A stretch of DNA of 49,365 nucleotides from Candidatus Hydrogenedentota bacterium (lineage in GTDB: Bacteria; Hydrogenedentota; Hydrogenedentia; Hydrogenedentales; SLHB01). Shown one piece after another: positions 1-9,409 of this stretch (positions are counted from its first letter, which is position 1; every line of letters starts with the position of its first letter). The notes under the pieces are model-generated. The model was not told where the DNA came from and did not search any database. It saw nothing but the letters and a program-made list of their open reading frames with translations. A program made the position numbers and the translations under genes. Where the stretch lies: positions 1 through 49,365 of the forward strand of contig JARKSN010000019.1 of assembly GCA_029974275.1 (NCBI GenBank), given 5' to 3'.

Positions 1-34
<34 letters not shown>

Positions 35-59
35 ATCCGGTCAAAAACGAGCGAAACCA

Positions 60-1289
60 ATGCGACTAGCCTTTGTAGACCTCTTCTTTTCCTGGCCTCC
101 ACGAGGCGGTGGCGAGGTGGATGTGTACCATGTCGCGCGGCTGTTGCGCGAGGCGGGGCATGACGTTCACCTGTTTGTTCCGCGCATCGAGCGCTCCGGC
201 GATCGCGGCTGCATTTCTGAGGAACTGCCATTTCCCTTCACGTCGATTCCATTTTCCCGGCGGGACTTCACGCGAGAATGTGTCGCCGCGCGCGTGCGTG
301 AAGCGGTGGATGCATATCGCCCAGAGGGAGTATTTGTCTGCAATGGCGCATACCTGAAGCCCTATGTGCTGCGGGCGTTGGCGCGCTATCCTTTGGCAGT
401 CCGCCTGTATGCGTACGAGGCCGTCTGCATTCGCGACATGATGCGGTTCTTGAACGGCGCGCCGTGTCCATTGAACTACCTCGAAACGCCCAACCCGTGT
501 CGCCGATGCGCATTGCACTATCACGGGCCGCAGATACGCCGATGGCGCTTTCAGCCGACCACGCACGAGTTTGTCGCCGGGCGCGCGTACATGCCCGAGT
601 ATCACCGTGTGTTACGTGAGGCGCTTGCCGGCTGCCGGACCGCCTTGGTGAGCAACGACCTCATGCGCGATCCAATCGCGGGGCTTGTGCCGAGCGTTCA
701 CGTCGTGCCGGGCGGCGTCACGGTCAGTGAATTTGCTTACCCGCCCAACGCGGAGTCTTCGAAAACGAACAAGAAAATCGTGCTGATGTGCGGACGCGCC
801 GAAGACCCGATGAAGGGCTTGGGGTTGTTGCGCGAGGCGGGCGAATTCCTCGGTCAAGATCGCGACGATTTCGAAATCTGGGCGACGCACCCCGACCTGT
901 CGCAATCGCACGGACGGTATCGCGCGGTGGGGTGGCGCACGCCCGGGCAAATGAGGGAGCTTTATCAACAGGCGGACATCTGCGTGATTCCGTCGTTGTG
1001 GGAGGAGCCGTTTGGGCTCGTGGCGCTCGAGGCGATGGCATCGGGCAAGCCGGCGTGCGCGGCGCGCGTCGGCGGCGTGCAGCATATCGTGCGTCACGGA
1101 CAGACCGGATTTTTGTTTGAGCGCGGAAACGCCGCCGCGTTGGCGCAGTGCCTGGAACTCTTGCTGGACAATCCGGCGCTTTGCGCGGAAATGGGAGCGG
1201 CGGGACGGCGCATCGCGGCGGAGGAATACGATTGGGGGCGGGTCGTGGCGCAATATTATCCCCCCATTCTGGAGGAACTTCGCGCATGA
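60..1289 (+). CDS. Glycosyltransferase family 4 (GT-B) protein
   Basis: N-terminal PPRGGGE..GHDV and C-terminal PSLWEEPFGLVALEAMASG (EX7E) motifs. Confidence 0.92.
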   Translation: MRLAFVDLFFSWPPRGGGEVDVYHVARLLREAGHDVHLFVPRIERSGDRGCISEELPFPFTSIPFSRRDFTRECVAARVREAVDAYRPEGVFVCNGAYLKPYVLRALARYPLAVRLYAYEAVCIRDMMRFLNGAPCPLNYLETPNPCRRCALHYHGPQIRRWRFQPTTHEFVAGRAYMPEYHRVLREALAGCRTALVSNDLMRDPIAGLVPSVHVVPGGVTVSEFAYPPNAESSKTNKKIVLMCGRAEDPMKGLGLLREAGEFLGQDRDDFEIWATHPDLSQSHGRYRAVGWRTPGQMRELYQQADICVIPSLWEEPFGLVALEAMASGKPACAARVGGVQHIVRHGQTGFLFERGNAAALAQCLELLLDNPALCAEMGAAGRRIAAEEYDWGRVVAQYYPPILEELRA

Positions 1290-1759
1290 CGCCCGGCAAA
1301 CGCATGGCCGTGTTCTATAGCGCGGGCGCGCACTTCACGCGGGCGCTGGAGGCCTTGCGTGCGCAAGATCCCGGGGCACACATCACGGCGATCGTGCCGC
1401 GGGGGCATCCCGCCGCCGATGCGGCCCGAGGCGTGGCGGACAGGGTCGAGATAACCGAATGCCCCGTCTATTCGCCGCGCGATTGGGCGGCGTGTTTCCG
1501 GCTGGTGCGCGGCATGCGCGCTGCGCGGTATGACGGATTTTTCGTGCTCTATGACAGTCCGCGGCTCAAGATGTTGGCCGCATTGTCCGGCGCGCGCGCG
1601 CGCGCATTTCTGACGGCTTCGGGAGAGTGTTTCCCGCTTGCCGGCGGAGTGGCGTCCGTGTCGTTCTTGCTCGCGCTTTGTCGATTGTGGGGTTTTTTTG
1701 CGTATGCGGGGATGTGGCTGGCCGTGCGCTGTCTGCCCGTGCGCGGCGGCAAGGCGTGA
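1286..1759 (+). CDS. Hypothetical protein resembling the N-terminal half of GT9 heptosyltransferases, with a hydrophobic C-terminus
   Basis: ATGA overlap with the upstream stop; ALRAQDPGAHIT..LVRGMRAARYD..LAALSGAR pattern; in-frame tail of ORF 1148..1759. Confidence 0.65.
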   Translation: MTPGKRMAVFYSAGAHFTRALEALRAQDPGAHITAIVPRGHPAADAARGVADRVEITECPVYSPRDWAACFRLVRGMRAARYDGFFVLYDSPRLKMLAALSGARARAFLTASGECFPLAGGVASVSFLLALCRLWGFFAYAGMWLAVRCLPVRGGKA

Positions 1760-1783
1760 CGGTTTCCGGGCGCGCGGTTTTCC

Positions 1784-1812
1784 TTGTTGGATTTCCCGGC
1801 GAGTGGTACACT
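1784..1812 (+). promoter_or_regulatory. Putative sigma70 promoter with extended -10
   Basis: TTGTTG-N17-TACACT with TG at -15/-14, about 95 nt upstream of the ATG at 1906. Confidence 0.4.
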
Positions 1813-1905
1813 AGTGCCGTTTTGTGGGAAGAGACGCGCTGGCCGGAGGCGCGGGTTGCATCCGGCGAGCCGCGGCGGGCAATAACCAAATAGGACGAGC
1901 GGAAG

Positions 1906-3498
1906 ATGAGCAAGAAAGACAAGAAGGTGTACCTCATCAACAATGGCGACTTTCGCGACTCGGCGTGCGTGCCGTGTTGGCCGAAGCAGGAAGAAACGTT
2001 GAAGGCCGTCAAGACGGTGTTCAAATCGCTGGGCTACGAGCCGGAGGTTCTCCCGAAGTTCGACAAGAAGCGCGGCCACGGTTTTTTGACGCGTCAGCAT
2101 CTGGGCGCGGAGATCGTGAGCAATATCCCGAACGACGCGCCGGTCGTGGTGGTCCTGAGCATGTGGGCCTACGCGCACCATGTGTCCGGCCCGCTTTCTA
2201 CGCACAAGGGTCCGATCCTGCTGCTCGCCAACTTCGACGGCACCTGGCCGGGCTTGGTCGCGTTGCTCAACCACACCGCCACTTTCGACCGCTGCGGCAT
2301 CAAGCATAGCCGCCTGTGGACCGAGACGTTCTTGAAGGACAAGGCCTTCATGAAGCGCCTCGAAGAGTGGTGCAAGACCGGCTCCATCAAGTACGACATG
2401 GGCCATCTCGTCGATGCGTCCAAGCTGAAACTGTCCGATAAAGCCAAGAAACTCGGCGAGGAATTGGCGGCGGACGTTCTGAAGAACAAGCGCATCATGG
2501 GGCAGCTCGATCCCGGTTGCATGGGCATGCTGAACGCCGTCGTCGGGCCGGACAAGCTCGGCAAGATCGGCATGCCGATCGAACTGTTGAACCAGTCCGA
2601 TCTGCTCGCCGAGATGAAACTCGTGAGCCAGGAAGAGGCCCAGAAGAACCTCAACTGGCTCGTCAAGAAAGGCGCCTGGTTCGACTGGGGTCACGACGGA
2701 TCGACGCAGCTTACGCCGGACCAGGTCGTCGAGCAAATGAAGATGTACGTTGCCGCGGCGCGCATCTACGAGCGCTACGGCTTGAGCGCGATCGGCATTC
2801 CGTACCAGTACGGCTTGGTGCGCAGTTGCCCCGCGTCCGATCTCGTCGAAGGCATGCTGAACAACGCCGATCGTCCCGATGTGAAGAGCTACGAGACCGG
2901 CAAGACCATCAACAAGGGCGAGGCCATCGTTCACTTCAACGAAGGCGACATCGGCGCTGGCATCCCGCAGGTGCTCATGCACGACATCTACAAGAAAAAA
3001 GGCATGCCCACCGAGACCACCTTGCACGACGTGCGCTGGGGCCGGATGTACAAGGACAAGTTCGTGTGGGTGTTTCTGATTTCCGGCGGCGCGCCGCCCG
3101 CGCACTTCGGCGGCTGGAAGCACACGGAAGTCTACCGTCAGCCCGCGATGTACTTCCCGCTCGGCGGCGGCTCCTGTGCGGGCGTCTCGAAGCCCGGCAC
3201 GATCACGTGGGCGCGCTTCTACCAGGCCTTCGGCCAGATCGGCATGGACTGTGGCACGGGCGAGGTCGTCGAAGTCGACGCCGCCGACCTGAAGGAACGC
3301 CGCGAACTGACCACCAAAGAATGGCCCATCGCGAACGTGTACATTCCCGGATACGACCGCGACGAACTCATGTCGTCGCACATGTCGAACCACATCGTCA
3401 TGGGCTACGGCGACATTCTCCAGGAACTCGTCGCGACCTGCTTGAGCCTCGGCATCCCGACCCGCGTCGCCGGCGACGTCAAGAACACGCTGAAGTAA
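1906..3498 (+). CDS. L-fucose isomerase-like sugar isomerase
   Basis: 530 aa; motifs WPGLVALLN, GCMGMLNA, GIPYQYGL, HFNEGD, TLHDVRWG, SNHI; strongly biased codon usage. Confidence 0.75.
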   Translation: MSKKDKKVYLINNGDFRDSACVPCWPKQEETLKAVKTVFKSLGYEPEVLPKFDKKRGHGFLTRQHLGAEIVSNIPNDAPVVVVLSMWAYAHHVSGPLSTHKGPILLLANFDGTWPGLVALLNHTATFDRCGIKHSRLWTETFLKDKAFMKRLEEWCKTGSIKYDMGHLVDASKLKLSDKAKKLGEELAADVLKNKRIMGQLDPGCMGMLNAVVGPDKLGKIGMPIELLNQSDLLAEMKLVSQEEAQKNLNWLVKKGAWFDWGHDGSTQLTPDQVVEQMKMYVAAARIYERYGLSAIGIPYQYGLVRSCPASDLVEGMLNNADRPDVKSYETGKTINKGEAIVHFNEGDIGAGIPQVLMHDIYKKKGMPTETTLHDVRWGRMYKDKFVWVFLISGGAPPAHFGGWKHTEVYRQPAMYFPLGGGSCAGVSKPGTITWARFYQAFGQIGMDCGTGEVVEVDAADLKERRELTTKEWPIANVYIPGYDRDELMSSHMSNHIVMGYGDILQELVATCLSLGIPTRVAGDVKNTLK

Positions 3499-3522
3499 TA
3501 GTAGACCGAATCCAGTAAACTT

Positions 3523-3563
3523 CTACGGGCCGCAGGGATCACCCCCTGCGGCCCGTGGCGTTT
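3523..3563 (+). terminator. Intrinsic terminator-like hairpin between convergent genes
   Basis: 13-bp perfect stem ACGGGCCGCAGGG/CCCTGCGGCCCGT (3525-3537/3544-3556), 6-nt loop, short T run. Confidence 0.7.
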
Positions 3564-3616
3564 GGAAACGGATTTCAATCGAAAAGGATCTTGATGGGCG
3601 TGTCTCGGCGGATCGG

Positions 3617-4171
3617 TCAGGATGCGTCCAAGGCCTGCTCCAGCGTCTGCGCGGTCACGATATCGTCCCATGTGCGGGCGATGGCGCCGTCGGGACGCAA
3701 CAGCAGCGTCATAGGCACATTGCCATCCCATGCGATCGGGAGCCCCAACCGGGCGGACAGTTCCGCGCTCGGTTCGGCGTCAAGCACGAAGACATCGAAC
3801 GGCAGCAAGGCCTCTGCGGCATACGGCCGTACGGCGCGATCGACCGTGTCCGGGTGGTCCACGGAAACGCTGACAAAGGCCACGTTGCGGTCCTTGCGTT
3901 TTTCGAAAAACGCGATCAAATCGGGCATTTCCTCGCGGCATGGCGGACACCAAGTCGCCCAAAAATTGACCACCGTCCATTGGCCGCGATGTTCCCGCAG
4001 CGTTTGCGCCAGCGCCTCCGCCGAAACGATCCGGATGACAGGCGAAGACGGCGCTTTTTCGCGCGAACAGGCCGGGGCCGCCAGCGCCCCTGCGGCGAGA
4101 CACGCCGCCAGGAATGCCGACGCGGCCCGGCCACGATGCCGATGGGGATGCGCTGGCCGCATGGCGCTCAT
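3617..4171 (-). CDS. TlpA/ResA-family thiol-disulfide oxidoreductase, probable lipoprotein
   Basis: VVNFWATWCPPCREEMP motif; signal ending LAAPAC; ATGA coupling to the upstream gene. Confidence 0.88.
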   Translation of the reverse strand: MSAMRPAHPHRHRGRAASAFLAACLAAGALAAPACSREKAPSSPVIRIVSAEALAQTLREHRGQWTVVNFWATWCPPCREEMPDLIAFFEKRKDRNVAFVSVSVDHPDTVDRAVRPYAAEALLPFDVFVLDAEPSAELSARLGLPIAWDGNVPMTLLLRPDGAIARTWDDIVTAQTLEQALDAS

Positions 4172-4773
4172 TTCTTCACGCGCTTGATGCTGCACCCCCA
4201 GGCGGGGATTTCGGCTCGGGACACGGGAGTCCCGGCGATGGTCTCGTCGATCGCGGTTTTCAGGTGAGCCGTTTCGCCGGCTTCGTCGGGGGCCTTGCGG
4301 TCGTCAAAGGGACCGTGGTACACGACTTTCCCCTCTTTGTTCAGGACGAAAAATTCGGGGGTTCGGGTCGCGCCTACGGCGTCGGCGTAGGCGTTTCCGG
4401 CGTCCTTGAGAATGGGATACGGCAGCTTGTGTTCTTCGGCGTAAGCTTTGATTTCATCGGGCCGCGTATCCTTGTGCGAATCGATGCTCAGCACGACAAC
4501 GTCCTTCGAAGCATATTCGGCGGCGAGTCCAGGCAGGTCTTTGTCCACTGCGATTGACCAGGGGCACAGCTGGGAACTGAAATTCAGCACGACGATCTTG
4601 TTTTTGTAGTCGGCCAGCGCATGAGTTTTGCCGGCATGGTCCTGGAGGACGAAATCCGGGGCCGCCATGCCCGGCTGCAAGGACGGTGCAGCAAGGGCGG
4701 TTTGGGGGACGATCCATAGCGCGCCCGCGGCCACCCACGCGAGCCCGATCGCGTAACGCATCTGTGTATTCAT
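4168..4773 (-). CDS. Secreted thioredoxin-fold redoxin (AhpC/TSA, PRX-like)
   Basis: APDFVLQD, CPWS, GATRTPEFFVL, YHGPFDD, GCSIK; signal peptide. Confidence 0.85.
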   Translation of the reverse strand: MNTQMRYAIGLAWVAAGALWIVPQTALAAPSLQPGMAAPDFVLQDHAGKTHALADYKNKIVVLNFSSQLCPWSIAVDKDLPGLAAEYASKDVVVLSIDSHKDTRPDEIKAYAEEHKLPYPILKDAGNAYADAVGATRTPEFFVLNKEGKVVYHGPFDDRKAPDEAGETAHLKTAIDETIAGTPVSRAEIPAWGCSIKRVKK

Positions 4774-4916
4774 GTCGATTCTCCCTCTTCTCGCGCCGCG
4801 TCGCGGCGGCAGGTCGAACTCCAGCCTCTCGCGAGGGCGAGCGGCGTCGCACTGTCAGGGAAACGCCGCAGAAGCCCCGACTCTTCCCGAAACTGGAGGC
4901 GTCAGAGGGGAAAGGG

Positions 4917-5948
4917 TTATTTGGGCAGGGCCCAGATATTGCGGTATTGCACCGCGTTGCCGTGGTCCTGGAGCAAGATCGGCCCCATGGCGGTTTCCGT
5001 GTCGCTCACGCCGCCCGGAGTCGTTTTCGATGGTCTCACGTTGTTGTGGATTGTGACGCCGTTGTGCACGACGGTGATGGCGGCGTCTTCGGTCTTGTTT
5101 CCGTTTGCGTCGAAGCGCGGCGCGCGAAAGGCGATGTCGTAGGTCTGCCATTCGGTCGGCGGCAGCGAGGCGTTTATTGCGGGAACGGACATGCCGTAAA
5201 GCCCGCCGCAATCGCCTTCGCTGGGGGGCAGTCCGAAGCTGTCGAGCACTTGAATTTCGTAGCGGCCCTGCACGTACACGCCGCTGTTTCCGCGCGCCTG
5301 GCCGCGGGCGTCAGGCATGAAGGGGGTCCGGAACTCGACATGCAGCTGGACGTCGCCGAATTCCTTGCGGGACACGAGGTTGCTATGCGAAACCTGCATG
5401 GCTCCGTCTTCGATAGGTTGCCATGCTTGGGGGAATCGGGTCCACTCGTCCGAAGGATCGCCGCCGGCGTACAGCACGATGGCTCCCTGAGGCGGTTTGG
5501 CTCCGAGCGTGGGCGAAGTTTTGATCGCGCGTTTCATGGAAAAGGCCATGCCCTTTTCTCCGCCGAACCGGCCGTGGAACGTTCCGTTTTCGATCGTGCC
5601 CTGCAACGCGTTGAACTGGCCGGCTTTGTCCGGGAAAAGGCTTTCCGCGGCCAGGGATCCGGTGAAGGGAATAGAAGGATTTTCGCCGTCGCGACGGCCC
5701 GTGACCGCCCAACGGACAGATCCCTTTTTGCCGCACTCGACGGTGATCGCGCCGTGAAACGCTCCTTGCCCGTCCGCAACGATCTGCGCTGTCACGGGCA
5801 GGTTCGCTTTGCCGTCCTGGCAGGTTCCCTCGTAGTTTCCCATGGATTGGAGATCAATTCGGGCTCCTTCGTTCCGTTCTTCGGCGGCAAGGGCCGGGGC
5901 AAGGGTTGCGGCGAAAAACAGCGCCGTGAACATTCCAATGCGAATCAT
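4917..5948 (-). CDS. Secreted DUF1080 (3-keto-disaccharide hydrolase family) protein
   Basis: FGDVQLHVEF, GNSGVYVQGRYEIQVLDS, LQDHGNAVQYRNIW; AGGAG RBS before ATG 5948; signal peptide. Confidence 0.88.
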   Translation of the reverse strand: MIRIGMFTALFFAATLAPALAAEERNEGARIDLQSMGNYEGTCQDGKANLPVTAQIVADGQGAFHGAITVECGKKGSVRWAVTGRRDGENPSIPFTGSLAAESLFPDKAGQFNALQGTIENGTFHGRFGGEKGMAFSMKRAIKTSPTLGAKPPQGAIVLYAGGDPSDEWTRFPQAWQPIEDGAMQVSHSNLVSRKEFGDVQLHVEFRTPFMPDARGQARGNSGVYVQGRYEIQVLDSFGLPPSEGDCGGLYGMSVPAINASLPPTEWQTYDIAFRAPRFDANGNKTEDAAITVVHNGVTIHNNVRPSKTTPGGVSDTETAMGPILLQDHGNAVQYRNIWALPK

Positions 5949-6071
5949 CGATGGTCTCCTTTTGTCGGTCATTCGAGATGCTTCCTGCCACGATGCGACG
6001 GCCCGCGCCGCTCGCAACACGCAGCGCCCGGTCTCCGCATAATTCATGTAATAAAGTTTTTTCTCAGGGCG

Positions 6072-7880
6072 CTAGATATGAGCGATGCCCAGCGCGGCGT
6101 AAATGACGAGTTGCACGTCCACGATGTCCACGCGCCCGGATCGATCCAGATCGGGGTCATACGCGGGCGGCAGCGCCAGTCCCAACGCGGCGTTAATGAC
6201 GATTTGGACGTCGGCTGCATCGACAAAGCCGGATTTGTCGACATCGGCAAGGCCGGCATACGCCGCCAGCCACGCCGTGATGACGGGATAGGTCGAGGAG
6301 AATTTGCCGAATTCGTCTGGAGAAAACGGGGTGGAACACGAGGCGCCGCCGCCCCAGAGTTGGCCAATGATGTGCTGGCCGTTGTTCGCGAGAAGGGGGC
6401 ATCCGGAAGAGCCTTGCTCCGTCGTTCCCGCGGACCAAACCACGTTTACGGTAGAAGAGCCGGAGTAGTTCCCGGTGATGGAGCCGAAGGAGATGCGCTT
6501 GTAGTCGCCGCGAGGATGATGAATGGTGGTGACTTGCGTTCCTATGGGCTGGGACAGCGCGGACCAGCCGAGGAAAGACGTTCCGGAAGGGGGCGTGTTT
6601 CGGAGGCGGAGCAAGGTGAAATCGCTTCCGGAACTCAAAGGGGCCCCCGCGAGGTAATCGGCTCCGCCGGTAGTCCGGGGAACGCTGTACACGGAGGGCG
6701 GCGGGCCGCCACAGGCGCTGGATTGATAGAGCCAGTACACCTCGGTCGTTGAGGCCGACGACTGGCCCGGAACGCAGTGGTTGGCGGTCAGAAAATAGGG
6801 GATGCTCGTGGAAGGGTCTGTGTCGGCTATCAGCGATCCGGTGCACCAGAGGTATCCGGTGGCGCCCACGGTGCCAAGCCCCCCGACGCCCTTGGCCGCC
6901 ATGGCCCATTCGGGGTGGCAGGTCACATCCAGGTTGCAGGTTCCCGCCGCTTTGGCCATCGGCACTTCGTCGAAACCGGCGTACAGGTGGATGGTCCGGT
7001 CGATCTCCACGGCGAGCGGGGCGTCCGCCGTCTGGGGCGCATAGCATTCCACCGTCACGGCTTCCGAAAAGCAGGTGCTGGACCACAGGTCGGATTCGCC
7101 GGACGGAGGGGCCGTATACGGGCCATAGACCTCGGATTGCATGCCGGTGTTGTAGACGATGACCCGGGCCCCCTCCGGCAGGGACAGCCGCGAGAAATGG
7201 ATTCGCTGTCCCCGGGCATTGGGAGAAAACAGGACGACCGACCACATCCGGCCCCCATCCGGCAAGGTTTCCCATGCGCCGAGGGAGGCATTCTCCTCGC
7301 TCACGCGGATGGGATTCGCCAAGGCTTGAAAAACGCCGATCCGTTTGGCTCCTTTGAGCGGCCCCTTCGCCGCCGCTGCGTCTTCTTTCATTACTGCCGC
7401 GATGTCGATGGGCGGCAAATCGAGACGCGCCGACGGAGCAATGCCTTTGGCGATGCCCAGGGGCGCGACGGGCGCGGTCGGGGAGGCAACGGGCGCCGCA
7501 TGCCACTCCGGGGCCACGGCGACGGGCTTCATGTCCCATTTTTTCTTGGAAATGCCCAAGGCGCGCAACTGCGTATCGTCGAGGAGATTGGCTCCATCCC
7601 CGTACAAGTCGAAGACTGGCGAACCGTCCGTGGGCTGTACATGATACCCAGCGACGAGCTGCCGGGAGCCGGTCCGAGCCGTTTCGTTCCACGTGAACAG
7701 CACCGTGAATTTCTCGGGAGGGAATCCCTTTTCTTGGAGGAAGGAAGCCGCCTCGGGGAAATTCGGCGAACCGTCGCCGCAGGTTGAACAGGGCGATTCT
7801 GCCTTTGATATCGTCGCCAGACAAACGCAGGCCACGACCATCCCAGCCCACAGGCGCAAGGGGAATACACGAAGGCGCAT
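6072..7880 (-). CDS. Secreted S1 serine protease (lysyl endopeptidase-like, with propeptide) and C-terminal dockerin-like domain
   Basis: Triad motifs LTANHC, DFTLL, TEQGSSG; mature-start-like K|AAGTCNLDVTC; duplicated DxDxSGxVDxxDVQxVIxAALG at the C-terminus. Confidence 0.88.
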   Translation of the reverse strand: MRLRVFPLRLWAGMVVACVCLATISKAESPCSTCGDGSPNFPEAASFLQEKGFPPEKFTVLFTWNETARTGSRQLVAGYHVQPTDGSPVFDLYGDGANLLDDTQLRALGISKKKWDMKPVAVAPEWHAAPVASPTAPVAPLGIAKGIAPSARLDLPPIDIAAVMKEDAAAAKGPLKGAKRIGVFQALANPIRVSEENASLGAWETLPDGGRMWSVVLFSPNARGQRIHFSRLSLPEGARVIVYNTGMQSEVYGPYTAPPSGESDLWSSTCFSEAVTVECYAPQTADAPLAVEIDRTIHLYAGFDEVPMAKAAGTCNLDVTCHPEWAMAAKGVGGLGTVGATGYLWCTGSLIADTDPSTSIPYFLTANHCVPGQSSASTTEVYWLYQSSACGGPPPSVYSVPRTTGGADYLAGAPLSSGSDFTLLRLRNTPPSGTSFLGWSALSQPIGTQVTTIHHPRGDYKRISFGSITGNYSGSSTVNVVWSAGTTEQGSSGCPLLANNGQHIIGQLWGGGASCSTPFSPDEFGKFSSTYPVITAWLAAYAGLADVDKSGFVDAADVQIVINAALGLALPPAYDPDLDRSGRVDIVDVQLVIYAALGIAHI

Positions 7881-8090
7881 AATGTCACTTTCCTTCACGA
7901 ACGTCCGGGTGGCGGATTTCACCACTGGCCCGCCTGTATCTTGTCGGCAACTGCCGGTGGAAGCGGCGGCCATTCCATGCAAAAGACCTACCCGTCTCAT
8001 TCTATTCAGTATACACCAAAGAGGACGGAATCGATCAGCGCAGATCGTTTTCTTGCGGACCAATCGCTGGGGCGATCGCTGCCCGGCCCG

Positions 8091-9377
8091 TCATTTCCGC
8101 AAGGCTTGGAGCGCGTAGTCCGGCAACTTTTTCTTTTCGAAAATTGGCTTGAATCGCGTGAAACGCTGGCGCCCGTCGATGACGGGGACGCTGGGCCAGT
8201 CCTCGCCGACGAGGGGTTTGGCGTAGCGCACGAAGTCGTCGGTAACGTCGATGCCATTGGGCGCGATCCATTCCTTCGGGAAAGTGCGCTCGCTGTTCGC
8301 GACCTTTTCGAGCGGCACCTTGTCGTAACGCACGTTGTAGATAACGCCGGGTTCGCGCAGGATCGTCGACATCCACCCGTTCTCGCCGGACTGCGCGATG
8401 AGCACGGCTTGCTGGCCGACTTTGTAGGCCTCGTCGAGGTCGACGACGGAGGCGTAGATCGCGGTCGATCGTTGATCGGTGCCCGAGACTTGGCAACGCG
8501 CCTTGCCGGGCACAGGCAACTTGTTCGCGTTGAGCAGGTTGATGACCTTCTGCGCGACGGTCATCTGCGTCGCGCCGAAGTTCGTGTGGCCGAAACTGTC
8601 CTTCACGTCGCCCAGGTCGCCCACGTCGAAGCCCTCGCTGACGACGATGATGCAGCGGCCATCCTTCTTGAGTTGGTCGTTGACGAGGTCGCACATCGCC
8701 TCGGCCTTGACGCCGGACTCGGCCATGTAGATCTGCAACGGCAGTTCGCGCTTCGGATCGGCCAACCGCGCGGCGGCGGGGATGAAGCCGATCTTGCGAC
8801 CCATCGCCTGCAACACGAGCACCGGGTCGGCGGGACACGATCCGCCGTTCTCCTCGTTTGCGTTCTGCACCATCGCGGCCCAATAGCGCGCGACGCTGCC
8901 ATAGCCGGGCGTGTGATCGATGAGTTTGAACTCGCTGTCGCCCACGTCGTTGTCGATGGTCTTCGGCACGCCGACGGCAACGAGGTCCAGGCCCTTTTCG
9001 TGCGCCATCTGCGCGACCTTGTGCGCAGTGTCCATCGAGTCGTTGCCGCCATTATAGAAGAAATAGCCGATGTGGTGCGCCTTCATCACCTCGATGACCC
9101 GCGCGAAGTCTTCCTGCTGATCTTTTTTCAGCTTGTACCGGCACGTGCCGATCGAGCCCGCGGCAGGCGTGTAACGCAACAGCGCGATCTCGTCGTCGTC
9201 TTGTGCGGAGAGGTCGAGCAACTCCTCCTTCAACACGCCCTCGATGCCATGCCACCCGGCGTAGATCGTCCCGAAGGTTTCTGGAAACAGCTTGCAGGTC
9301 TCGATGACCCCGCGCAGCGAACTGTTGATGACGGGACTCGGCCCGCCCGACTGTGCAACGATTACATTCTTTGGCAT
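8091..9377 (-). CDS. pfp: Pyrophosphate-dependent phosphofructokinase
   Basis: QSGGP, GGNDS (Asp), PKTIDND (Lys), MGR; the Asp/Lys pair is the PPi-type signature. Confidence 0.85.
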   Translation of the reverse strand: MPKNVIVAQSGGPSPVINSSLRGVIETCKLFPETFGTIYAGWHGIEGVLKEELLDLSAQDDDEIALLRYTPAAGSIGTCRYKLKKDQQEDFARVIEVMKAHHIGYFFYNGGNDSMDTAHKVAQMAHEKGLDLVAVGVPKTIDNDVGDSEFKLIDHTPGYGSVARYWAAMVQNANEENGGSCPADPVLVLQAMGRKIGFIPAAARLADPKRELPLQIYMAESGVKAEAMCDLVNDQLKKDGRCIIVVSEGFDVGDLGDVKDSFGHTNFGATQMTVAQKVINLLNANKLPVPGKARCQVSGTDQRSTAIYASVVDLDEAYKVGQQAVLIAQSGENGWMSTILREPGVIYNVRYDKVPLEKVANSERTFPKEWIAPNGIDVTDDFVRYAKPLVGEDWPSVPVIDGRQRFTRFKPIFEKKKLPDYALQALRK

Positions 9378-9409
9378 TGCGTGGAACTCCCTAGTTTACG
9401 GGGCGACAA

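Noticed and set aside
4774..4916. Multi-stem GC-rich intergenic structure as a riboswitch
   Set aside because: Stems are short, expected at this GC content, and carry no recognisable aptamer motif
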